A DNA stretch of 64,000 bases, taken from IMG/VR virus record IMGVR_UViG_3300028549_003662, positions 64,001 through 128,000 of that record; one strand, written 5' to 3'. Below, one piece after another: positions 55,884-64,000 of the stretch. A program made the position numbers and the translations under genes. Numbering within the stretch: position 1 is the first letter of the stretch; the number at the start of each line of letters is the position of its first letter. Source of the stretch: a virus. A model generated the notes under the pieces. It did no database searches. It was not told where the DNA came from and saw only the letters and a program-made list of their open reading frames with translations.

Positions 55884-56336
55884 ATGGCTAAGCCCGTTGC
55901 AACCAAAGCTCCCGATACCGCACCTCCCGCCGCCACATCCGTGGCGTCGCCGCCCGTTGACGCCGCCGCTATCGCAGCCGCTGCTGACGCCGCTGTTGCT
56001 GCTGACGCTGCAGCCACGCCTCCTGCGGAGACCCCGGCTGCTGTCGCTCCTGCTGCGGAGATCCCGGCCGCCGTCACCCCTACCGCCACTCCGACTGCAG
56101 CCGCCCTTGCTGTGGAGACCCCGGCTGCTGTGGCCGCCCCCGCGAAGACCGAATCCACGAAGAAGGTCATCTTCACCACCGACGAAGCCGAGGCGCAGGC
56201 CGCATTCAAGAATGGCTACCTCGTTCGCCGCATGTCCCACGACGGTGTGCTCGGCTACAAGATCCACACCAATCAGGTTGTGAACGCTGTGACCGCGCAG
56301 ATCAGCAGCGCGACCGACGAAATGTTCCACCGGTAG
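55884..56336 (+). CDS. Ala/Pro-rich protein
   Basis: GAGGAG RBS; ETPAAV repeats and a small C-terminal domain. Confidence 0.7.
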   Translation: MAKPVATKAPDTAPPAATSVASPPVDAAAIAAAADAAVAADAAATPPAETPAAVAPAAEIPAAVTPTATPTAAALAVETPAAVAAPAKTESTKKVIFTTDEAEAQAAFKNGYLVRRMSHDGVLGYKIHTNQVVNAVTAQISSATDEMFHR

Positions 56337-56345
56337 GGAGTTAAC

Positions 56346-57368
56346 ATGGCCACCGTCAATGCTGTCGTCGCGCATCCCAAAGCGAACTCGTACGTCTCCC
56401 TCGAAGAGATCAGCGATTTCATGCTCGCTGTGGACCCCAACTGGGTGCACACCACACCGAGCGAGGCTGCGCGCTACGCCATCATGACGGCGGCCAAAAT
56501 CAACGCCATACGGTACCTCGGCCAACCGTACTTTGCACGGCAAGGGATGGCTTTTCCGCGGAAGAACGACGCACGTGTGCGCTCCGCGCCGCTGACAGGA
56601 TTGTCTGCGGTTACGCTTGGCGCTGCTGTCGAAGAGCATGTTCCGGCGAACTCCTCGTCGGGGTGCTCATTCACCACGGACAACTTTCCCATTGCCGCTG
56701 CGACGAACACCGTGGAGGTTACGCTGTCTGGACAGACAGTAGTGCTCACGGATAGCGGAGCCGGCGTGCTCACAGGAACTGGCGTTGCTGGAACAATCAA
56801 CTACGAGACCGGTGACGTCACCCTCGACACGCAGGTCGACGAGGGCACGGTGGCACGGGTAGCTGCGAGTTGGTACTCCTCCTCGAAGCTGGTGTCTGCA
56901 GACCTCGTATTTGATGCCGCGGAGTACTTGCCCGGCCACTTCAACGGCGGCGCAGTGCACGTGCCGCATTCGGATGGCCAGCGCGATTACTGCACGATCT
57001 CCGACCACAACATCGTCTCTGGTGTTGTGACCCTGGACGCTCGGATGAACGCCCAGGTCGCAGGTTCCTGCCTGCTCTTTCAGCCCTTCGCGCGCCCGCT
57101 CAAGGACGCGCAGCTCATTCAGCTTCAAGCCGAACGCGGTCTTCTGGATTGGGACCGCAACGCCGGCAGAGGCATCTCCGCTGTGAAGATCGGCGACACC
57201 TCCCGGTCCTACTCTACGACCAACATCCCTGAAAAAGCTCGGATGCTGGCCGGGAAGTACCGGGTGCACGAGATCGTCATGGCACTCCTCGGCCCCTACA
57301 CCATCTACGGGAAGATGGGCATCATCTACGGAGAGTGGGATGCCGCAAGCACTACAAGCACTGAATAA
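56346..57368 (+). CDS. Head-tail adaptor (DnaT-like phage family) with inserted beta domain
   Basis: ANSYVSLEE...YLG.....QGMAFPR; KIGD.S.SY...LL.PY C-terminus. Confidence 0.7.
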   Translation: MATVNAVVAHPKANSYVSLEEISDFMLAVDPNWVHTTPSEAARYAIMTAAKINAIRYLGQPYFARQGMAFPRKNDARVRSAPLTGLSAVTLGAAVEEHVPANSSSGCSFTTDNFPIAAATNTVEVTLSGQTVVLTDSGAGVLTGTGVAGTINYETGDVTLDTQVDEGTVARVAASWYSSSKLVSADLVFDAAEYLPGHFNGGAVHVPHSDGQRDYCTISDHNIVSGVVTLDARMNAQVAGSCLLFQPFARPLKDAQLIQLQAERGLLDWDRNAGRGISAVKIGDTSRSYSTTNIPEKARMLAGKYRVHEIVMALLGPYTIYGKMGIIYGEWDAASTTSTE

Positions 57369-58002
57369 CGCGCAGTACCGCGACGCGCTTTCTGCAGGGA
57401 GCGCGACGTACCCGGATTGGTGGGGCAAGAACGGCGGACGCCTCGTTGCCCTCGAATCCGGCATTGGCACGCGCGTTAAGCTGAATGCCTTCTACCCGCT
57501 GCTGCTCGACACCACGACACGGTGCGACTACTGGCCACAGGAGCGCGACTTCGGCTTCGACCCCACTACGCTCTCGTGGCGGTTGTGGATCTACGGGGCC
57601 TACCACGAAGTCACGCCGAAGCACTGCAGCCTCGCACAGAGCTTCGGGGACTTCCTCTTCTACGCTGTGCGCGGAAGCACGCAGCCTGTCCCTGTGGTGG
57701 ACTTCGGGGAGCTTGTGGGCTCCTCTCCGGCATCTGAGGTGGCGAAGGACTCCGTCACCGTTTACGTGACTCGCGAGATGACCCAGAAAATGAACATCGG
57801 GTTCTTCTACCTCGGTGTGGTTGTCGTCGATGGCGTCAACAACCTGGATGGGTTGTTCCTGCCCCCGAACACGACACCTGCTGACGTGGTGCGCTCCCGG
57901 CCGCGGCTGCCGCCGCTGTGGTTCTACGTGCAGGATGCTTCGCGGAACTACCACGGCCGCTTCGAAGACATCGCGAAAGGACGAGGTGCATTATGTCCGT
58001 AG
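57340..58002 (+). CDS. Hypothetical virion protein
   Basis: Position in the neck cluster. Confidence 0.6.
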   Translation: MPQALQALNNAQYRDALSAGSATYPDWWGKNGGRLVALESGIGTRVKLNAFYPLLLDTTTRCDYWPQERDFGFDPTTLSWRLWIYGAYHEVTPKHCSLAQSFGDFLFYAVRGSTQPVPVVDFGELVGSSPASEVAKDSVTVYVTREMTQKMNIGFFYLGVVVVDGVNNLDGLFLPPNTTPADVVRSRPRLPPLWFYVQDASRNYHGRFEDIAKGRGALCP

Positions 58003-58319
58003 TGCTTGACGGTTTCCTGAACCAGCGCGCGACCATTGTTCGCAAGAACAGCGGCGCGTACGGGAATACCCCACCGGAGACCATCCTGGAGTGGACGCCG
58101 TGCCGCTTTGTGGAGAGCGGCGAAGTGAAGTGGGACAAAACCATCGGCGGCGAGATCACCATCGGTGCCGGGCAGGCGTGGTTCAATGGCGACGTGCGCA
58201 GGATAGCGCGCGGCGACAAGCTGTTGCTCGAAGAGGCGCGGGAGTTCACCATTGTGAAAGTGACACGCCAGCGTGATCTTGACGGACACATCGACCACAC
58301 CAAGGTCGTTGTGTCGTGA
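57993..58319 (+). CDS. Head closure protein
   Basis: 108 aa beta-rich; PCRF, GD, DLDG..DH.KV. Confidence 0.65.
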   Translation: MSVVLDGFLNQRATIVRKNSGAYGNTPPETILEWTPCRFVESGEVKWDKTIGGEITIGAGQAWFNGDVRRIARGDKLLLEEAREFTIVKVTRQRDLDGHIDHTKVVVS

Positions 58320-58948
58320 GGTTCATCCGCAGCGTACGGCGCGCGGCGTTCGCCATCAAGGCCCAGGTCTTTCACTACCAGGACCAAGTCGGGACAATCG
58401 TCGCTGAGGAGTACGCGCGCGCAGCGTTCCGCTATTTTGTCGCCACTATCCCCATCGCCACCGGCTTGCTGCAGCACAGCGCCTCGGTGACACTCGTTGG
58501 CGGCGGGAAGATCAGCGCGGAGGTGCTGCGGGACTCGCGCGGAAACAGCGCACCTGTTACGGCGTGGTCGGGCAACCACTGGAGGACACGTGTCGCATAC
58601 AGCATGCCTGCGCATCCGCATCTGGTCACTGTGCGCCTCATGGTGAAGAAGAGCGCATTCGATCTGAAGCGCACCGGGCTGTCTGCCACCGGCGGCAAAT
58701 TCGGATTGAAGTTTCACTGCAGCCGTAAGGCCTTCGACGAGCCGGAGTTCGTCCAGTTCCTGCAGCGTAAGAACGACGAGCGCGTGTCCAGGGGTGAGCC
58801 CCCGAAGACATACGAGAACATTGACATCTCGCGCGTCCATGCCATAGACATCATCAGGCGCAGTTCTGAAATGCGCGGTGATCTCGACAAGTTCATGGAA
58901 GAGGCGCGCTACAACATCAATGCACGCATAGCCAGGTTGAAAAAGTAA
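58316..58948 (+). CDS. Neck/tail completion protein (HK97 gp10-like)
   Basis: PIATGLLQHS resembles the PVDTG.L..S motif; basic. Confidence 0.55.
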   Translation: MRFIRSVRRAAFAIKAQVFHYQDQVGTIVAEEYARAAFRYFVATIPIATGLLQHSASVTLVGGGKISAEVLRDSRGNSAPVTAWSGNHWRTRVAYSMPAHPHLVTVRLMVKKSAFDLKRTGLSATGGKFGLKFHCSRKAFDEPEFVQFLQRKNDERVSRGEPPKTYENIDISRVHAIDIIRRSSEMRGDLDKFMEEARYNINARIARLKK

Positions 58949-59454
58949 TGCAGCCACACAAGAACATCATCGACTACGTCTGCGAGTACCTGGGGCGTCT
59001 TAAAGTAGGCCACCCCGTGCATGCCGCGTTCGGTGCTGTGCTGCAGTACATACCTGAAGCGGAGCTCGCCGAAGAGAACACAATTTTCGCATTTCGCTTT
59101 CCTGCAAGCGATGACACCGGCAGCACCGCCGATATCATGGGCGACATCGTAGACGTCGTGACCTCGAACCGCACCGGCATCTGTGTTGTTCCTGCCGGTG
59201 GTGGGCCGCCCGACGCGAACATGGGTTGCTACTACCAGTACTTCGTTATACGATGTCGGCACAAGTACCCCGGAGTCGCCTACAACACGCTGCAGGAGAT
59301 CGGGTACGAATTGCAGGACAACGCCAGGGTTTTTCCCCAAAACGGGACTATCAGATGTGTTTCGAGCCAGCCTGGGATGGTGTGGGCCGACCAGCAACTC
59401 ATGTACTGTTTTCAGCTTGAATTCAGAATTTTGGCTGCAGAAAAAGTAATCTAA
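58948..59454 (+). CDS. Tail terminator
   Basis: Position before the tail tube; Q...R and F...F pattern. Confidence 0.6.
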   Translation: MQPHKNIIDYVCEYLGRLKVGHPVHAAFGAVLQYIPEAELAEENTIFAFRFPASDDTGSTADIMGDIVDVVTSNRTGICVVPAGGGPPDANMGCYYQYFVIRCRHKYPGVAYNTLQEIGYELQDNARVFPQNGTIRCVSSQPGMVWADQQLMYCFQLEFRILAAEKVI

Positions 59455-59476
59455 AGACCCGTAGGAGGGCTAACAC

Positions 59477-61081
59477 ATGGGCGCTATCTCGCGCAATCCG
59501 CAGTTCTACACTGTGGGCGTCCCCACCCTGTTCTTCATGCCCGTGGAGAATTGGGATGACGCTCACGTCGTCGACTGGCCCGCGCTGTTCCGCGCGTACT
59601 CCGGTCTCACCGACACCAACGGCCAGGTCCTGAACATGCTCGCCAACACCACCTGCATGACGCCGGAGGACATCCTCTCCAAAGCGTACGTGGGCAACCT
59701 CGCTTCTTGCGAGGCCGGTGGCGAGATCAAGACCGTGGAGCACGTCGCTTCCGTCCTCGGCCGCAAGGAAGTGGACAAGCTCGTCGTGACCCGCCGCAGC
59801 ATCGAATACACCTTGGGCTTCGACGAGCTCAACGTCGGCAACATGCGGAACTTCTTCGCCGCTGACGCCGTCGACTATCCCACGAAGAACAAGGTCGTGG
59901 CCAAGACCACCGCGAAGGCCCCGCAGAGCGCTGCCGCCGACTTCGCGGTCGCTGAGATCGAGATCATCGACAACGCCGCCTCGGCGGTTGGCTCGGATCT
60001 CGACAGCCTGGAAGCCGCGCTGACTGAAAAGCTCATCGCGCAGGGCTGCTCCTTCAACCCCGTCGTCGTGGGTGGCACCGGCTACTACCCCGCTGGCGTC
60101 TACTACTTCGTCGTGGCGGACTCCCAGCGCGCGCAGACCGTGGATGCCGTCCTCGGCAGCTACCGCAACAAGGTCGTCTGTGCCTTCTTCAAGTACGATC
60201 CCGCTGAAGGCAAGATGGTTGCCCAGGCGTGGCCGTCCGGCATGGATGGCGCCGCGTACTCCTACAAGGACACCGGCATCAGCAACCGCGTCAAGCAGCT
60301 CATCACCGACAGCGCCGCCAACATCGGCATCCCCACCAACGACCTGCTCAACGACCGCACCGGTGTTGACGTCTACAACGAGGCCGTGGACTGGGTGCTG
60401 AACGCCACCAGCGCCGTGACCAAGACCAAGACCATTCAGCTTCCCGCGCACATCGCGCGTCAGGCCACTCGCGTCATCCTGAGCGGCAAGAAGTGGGACG
60501 GCACCGCCTGGGTGGACGCCACGGAAGTGCTGTTCGACTACGCGCAGGCCAGTGCCACCACCAACACCGAGACCCCGCTCTCCACTGGTGCGGCCGGCTA
60601 CTTCGCCGACAACACGCTGTCCAAGATCAACCACGACACCGGCCTGCTGACCCTCGTCGCTCCCGACGCCTTCGCGGGCACCGGCGGCGACATGGACGAT
60701 CAGGGCCTCACCGAGCAGACCCTGCGTGTGCAGATCGAGACCTACTCCACCTCCGAAGCCACGATCATCTGGTCGGGCATCGTGTGGGCGAAGAACTCCG
60801 ACGTCTACGGCACGCTGCGCGTCAACCGTGGCAAGCCGGAACTGCAGGGTTGCGGGCTCATCTGCTTCCTGAACAACGTCGGCGTCAGCTTCTTCCACAT
60901 CCTCCCGAAGGTCGTGTTCCGTCCCGACGGCACCATCGACTTCTCCAAGGAAGACTGGCTGAAGGGCGGCTTCGTGCTGAGCCTCCTGAAGGACGACAAC
61001 GCGTACATCCCGTACCTCCCGAACAAGCTCAAGATGCCGTTCGGGTACTTCAACGCGTTCCGCATGGACGCCCAGGTGTAA
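59477..61081 (+). CDS. Major tail tube protein 1 with large insertion
   Basis: Y.VG.P.LFF, Y.GN, FDE.N..N...F, P.V..RPDG..DF...DW; high codon bias. Confidence 0.75.
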   Translation: MGAISRNPQFYTVGVPTLFFMPVENWDDAHVVDWPALFRAYSGLTDTNGQVLNMLANTTCMTPEDILSKAYVGNLASCEAGGEIKTVEHVASVLGRKEVDKLVVTRRSIEYTLGFDELNVGNMRNFFAADAVDYPTKNKVVAKTTAKAPQSAAADFAVAEIEIIDNAASAVGSDLDSLEAALTEKLIAQGCSFNPVVVGGTGYYPAGVYYFVVADSQRAQTVDAVLGSYRNKVVCAFFKYDPAEGKMVAQAWPSGMDGAAYSYKDTGISNRVKQLITDSAANIGIPTNDLLNDRTGVDVYNEAVDWVLNATSAVTKTKTIQLPAHIARQATRVILSGKKWDGTAWVDATEVLFDYAQASATTNTETPLSTGAAGYFADNTLSKINHDTGLLTLVAPDAFAGTGGDMDDQGLTEQTLRVQIETYSTSEATIIWSGIVWAKNSDVYGTLRVNRGKPELQGCGLICFLNNVGVSFFHILPKVVFRPDGTIDFSKEDWLKGGFVLSLLKDDNAYIPYLPNKLKMPFGYFNAFRMDAQV

Positions 61082-61093
61082 GGGGGAAGCACC

Positions 61094-62269
61094 ATGAGTT
61101 CGAATCCTCGCATCGCTGAGCGTCATCCCGATTCCTACACCATCGGGATGCCTCAGATCCTGTTCTCGCCCATGCCGGTCTCTGGCAACTATGCCATGTG
61201 GGTGGACTGGCGCGCGCTTGCCAGCGCCGCGTTCGGCCTCACCAACAGCGACGGCAAAGTCGTGAACTCCTACGGAAACGTGGTGGGCACCCCCGCTGAC
61301 ATCATGACGGCTTGCTACCTCGGTAGCCTGGACGGTGTGAACGTCGGCGGCGACGTGGAAACCCTGGAGCACACCGTGGCCAACCTCGGTTACGAGGAAC
61401 TGGACCGCGTCGTCGTGCTGCAGCGCCCCATCGAGTACGCTCTCAACTTCGACGAGCCCGACATCAAGAACCTCTCCCGCTACTTCGTGTCGCAGGAGAC
61501 CGACCTCGGCCTCTCGTTGAAGATGCTGCAAGTCTCCGGTCAGACCTTCAAGGGATCTGAGACCGCTGCCGTGACCATCGTGGAACGCCGTCTCGGCGAC
61601 CCCTCGAAGGCCCTGGAGAGCATCACCTCCCTGTGGCAGGCCAACGGTGGCACCGGCACGCCTCCCAACGGCGTGTACGGCTTCATCGTCGGCGGAACCA
61701 ACGAAGATGCCTGCATCGGCGCCTGGGAGCACAAGCGGCAGTGGATCGCTTACGCCACCTTCGACTTCGTGCTGGGCACCGTAGGCTCCTGGAGTTACAT
61801 CCGCCCGAAGGGCACCGCCCTCAACGACACCTACGGCGCGGACGCCATCGTCCCCGTCAACGGTGCCGTGCACTCCATCCCCGACTCCAACCCCGTGCTG
61901 AACAAGTGCGGCGGCAGCGTGTCGTGGAACGTGAACGCCAAGATGGCCTGGAACGGGTTCGTCTGGGTGGGTGCTGATGACGGCTTCTTCGGCTACAGCA
62001 TCGTCGGAACCCGCCAGAGCTTCAAGCGCACCTTCGGCGCCGCCCTGGTGTTCTCCTTCACCGAGATCGGCACCTCCATGCTGCACGTCATCCCGAAGTG
62101 CACGCTGATGCCCGACGGCTCCATGAACTTCAACCCCGATTCCTGGATGCAGGGCTCGTTCAAGCTGAACGTCATGCGTGACAACAACGCTGTGTTCCTT
62201 GACCGCACCCCTGCGCTCCCGGTGCCTTTCGGGTACATCCAGACGATGGAACTGCCCTCCGGCATGTAG
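61094..62269 (+). CDS. Tail tube protein 2 (paralog)
   Basis: Colinear with 59477-61081 at both ends. Confidence 0.75.
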   Translation: MSSNPRIAERHPDSYTIGMPQILFSPMPVSGNYAMWVDWRALASAAFGLTNSDGKVVNSYGNVVGTPADIMTACYLGSLDGVNVGGDVETLEHTVANLGYEELDRVVVLQRPIEYALNFDEPDIKNLSRYFVSQETDLGLSLKMLQVSGQTFKGSETAAVTIVERRLGDPSKALESITSLWQANGGTGTPPNGVYGFIVGGTNEDACIGAWEHKRQWIAYATFDFVLGTVGSWSYIRPKGTALNDTYGADAIVPVNGAVHSIPDSNPVLNKCGGSVSWNVNAKMAWNGFVWVGADDGFFGYSIVGTRQSFKRTFGAALVFSFTEIGTSMLHVIPKCTLMPDGSMNFNPDSWMQGSFKLNVMRDNNAVFLDRTPALPVPFGYIQTMELPSGM

Positions 62270-62294
62270 CCCATCAGGTACTGGACAAAATCAT

Positions 62295-62332
62295 AGGGCG
62301 GCGGGTATACGAAACCCGTCGCCCTTTTATTT
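62295..62332 (+). terminator. Rho-independent terminator
   Basis: AGGGCGGCGGGT/ACCCGTCGCCCT stem plus TTTATTT. Confidence 0.8.
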
Positions 62333-62353
62333 CAAACTCAAGGAGTTCCTCAG

Positions 62354-62731
62354 ATGGCTGATAAAGAATTCGACGACGGCTTGCTTTTCACGACAAAGAA
62401 GTTCGGTGATCTCACCATCAAGCAACTCTCGTTCGGCGAGCTCGGAGTGATCTCCGAGGACATCGTGAACCTCTACGACAAGGTTGTGGCCAGGTCGAGC
62501 ACACCCGGCGCCACCATGACGCAGCACGACGTCATGAAAACCATCGTGATGATCCTGCCCGACGTCGCGCCCATCATGGCCAAGGTCTGCAGCGTTCCTC
62601 TGGAGACCATCAACGCCCTCACTGCCGACGAGGGTGTGAAAATCTGCGCCGAGATGTGGCGCCTCAACCAGGACATCATCACAAATTTTTTCGGAATCGC
62701 CAGCAGCCTGAAGCTGGCCGGAAAGGGCTAG
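62354..62731 (+). CDS. Tail assembly chaperone (gpG-like)
   Basis: AAGGAG RBS; between tail tube and tape measure; ends near NFF. Confidence 0.75.
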   Translation: MADKEFDDGLLFTTKKFGDLTIKQLSFGELGVISEDIVNLYDKVVARSSTPGATMTQHDVMKTIVMILPDVAPIMAKVCSVPLETINALTADEGVKICAEMWRLNQDIITNFFGIASSLKLAGKG

Positions 62732-63135
62732 TCAAGGTCAAGCGTTCTCAGGCTGTCACGCTGACCGAAATTTTCAGCTACCTCGTGAGTCAGGGGCACT
62801 CCTATCAGGACTTGATGTGGACGTATCCCATTGACCTCGTGTACAACTTCTACCATACTGCTGTTGCTAACGAGCAACGCAATATGGCATTCGTCAGTGG
62901 ACTCGCCCGCATCGCCAGCTACTCTGCGCGAGATCTGTCCAAGGAAGGCGCGAAGTCCATTGAGAAGCTCTGGTCGGACTACACAAAACCTCTCGTTTCC
63001 GCAAAGTCACGCGGCGCTGCCGCCACTCAGAATAGCACCATGCAGACCGGAAACAAAGCCGCAGACGGCTTGTTCAGTTCCGGCAAGTTCCAGGCTGTCC
63101 AGCTCGCAGAGACCGCCACCACCACGGGAGTGTAG
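62683..63135 (+). CDS. Frameshift extension of the chaperone (gpT-like), -1 frameshift
   Basis: Slippery A AAT TTT TTC at 62683-62692; the -1 frame is open to 63135. Confidence 0.7.
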   Translation, partial: KFFRNRQQPEAGRKGLVKVKRSQAVTLTEIFSYLVSQGHSYQDLMWTYPIDLVYNFYHTAVANEQRNMAFVSGLARIASYSARDLSKEGAKSIEKLWSDYTKPLVSAKSRGAAATQNSTMQTGNKAADGLFSSGKFQAVQLAETATTTGV

Positions 63136-63144
63136 TGAAACACC

Positions 63145-64000
63145 ATGAGCACGGAACTCGAAGGCGTCTCCAGTTCTTTTGAACTCATTCTCAAGAACGC
63201 CGACAAGGTCAGCAAGCAACTCGACGACTTCGTCACTCAGGTCTCCGGGCTGGAGACCATCGAGATTGGCAAGAAGGGCGTCAAGCTCAATATCTCCGAC
63301 ATCAAGAAGCAGGTCACGGCGCTCAAGAAGGACTTGGCGGCCAGCTTCCGCGATATCGGCAGCATGCAGATGGATACCAAAGGTGTCTTCGCCAACGGCC
63401 AGGAGGTCGGGGATGCTCTCGGCGAAGGCATTAAGAAGGCCGCGAAGGAGCGCCTTGCTGACGTTCAGGGCTATCTCGACAACGTCATGCGCTCCCTGGC
63501 TGACGCGCAGAAACTCGCCAGCGGTAAGACCGCAAGCCCGGCCAACATGGAGGCCTTCAAAAGCTCGCTGACCGCGGTTTCTGCCGAGATAGCGAACATG
63601 CGCACGCTCCTTGTCGGTACCGAGAAGGAGATGCAAGCCCTCGCGGGACCGGGGACAGTCAGCGAGTTCACGCGCCTGAAGAAGATTTTCGGTGACGTCA
63701 ACTCTGTTCTGGCAGAATTCAAGGGCGCCAGCGGCAAGGGCGTAATCGACCCCGCCTCTATGACCGCGATTACCTCGCAGGTCGATAAAACGCTTGCGTC
63801 CATGCAGACGCTGGATGTGAAGACCAGCGAGGTCTTCTCGAACATACAAAGCAAGCTGACCAACGTCGACGTGCCGAAGGAGCTCAACTTTGAGGCCGTC
63901 GGTACCGCCATTGTCAGCAACATTCACAGCGCGTTCACCAAGGTCAAGGCCGACACCAAAGAGGCCATGAAGGCGATGACGGATGCTGTGGAACAGATCA
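63145..64000 (+). CDS. Tape measure protein, 5' part (runs off window)
   Basis: MSTELEGVSSSFELILKNADKVSKQLDDF...; helical, Ala/Lys-rich, open to the window end; follows the chaperones. Confidence 0.8.
   Translation, partial: MSTELEGVSSSFELILKNADKVSKQLDDFVTQVSGLETIEIGKKGVKLNISDIKKQVTALKKDLAASFRDIGSMQMDTKGVFANGQEVGDALGEGIKKAAKERLADVQGYLDNVMRSLADAQKLASGKTASPANMEAFKSSLTAVSAEIANMRTLLVGTEKEMQALAGPGTVSEFTRLKKIFGDVNSVLAEFKGASGKGVIDPASMTAITSQVDKTLASMQTLDVKTSEVFSNIQSKLTNVDVPKELNFEAVGTAIVSNIHSAFTKVKADTKEAMKAMTDAVEQI

Noticed and set aside
54240-62086. Long antisense ORFs (e.g. 799 aa, 887 aa; also 10609-12258, 39966-41639, 46703-48736)
   Set aside because: Shadow frames caused by strong GC3 codon bias opposite clearly recognisable genes.
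1-64000. tRNA/rRNA genes, integrase, DNA polymerase, portal, tail sheath
   Set aside because: None was recognised by eye in this window; they may lie elsewhere in the genome.

Overview
This is a 64 kb segment of a large, GC-rich tailed dsDNA phage, siphovirus-like (tail tube, frameshifted tail chaperone and tape measure, but no sheath in view). The host is probably an anaerobic diderm bacterium, because the phage carries a class III ribonucleotide reductase and two-component spanins. Positions 1-52.3 kb are coded on the minus strand, in this order along the window: small early-type ORFs around a repeat-rich non-coding region (3.8-4.8 kb and 5.9-6.2 kb); a PurZ-type 2-amino-deoxyadenylosuccinate synthase (the hallmark of Z-base DNA) among many small winged-helix-like proteins; HNH, Toprim, kinase-like and MazG-like genes; SpeD, dUTPase, NrdG and an intein-containing NrdD whose glycyl-radical tail is a separate 44-aa gene; an extended lysis cassette; modular fibre and decoration genes; terminase next to a spermidine-synthase-like gene; and tail-tip genes. 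From 52.3 kb the plus strand carries a free-standing degenerate intein/LAGLIDADG-like gene, then the capsid, neck, two paralogous tail-tube genes, the tail chaperones and the start of the tape measure gene. All calls come from motif recognition by eye; no database searches were run.
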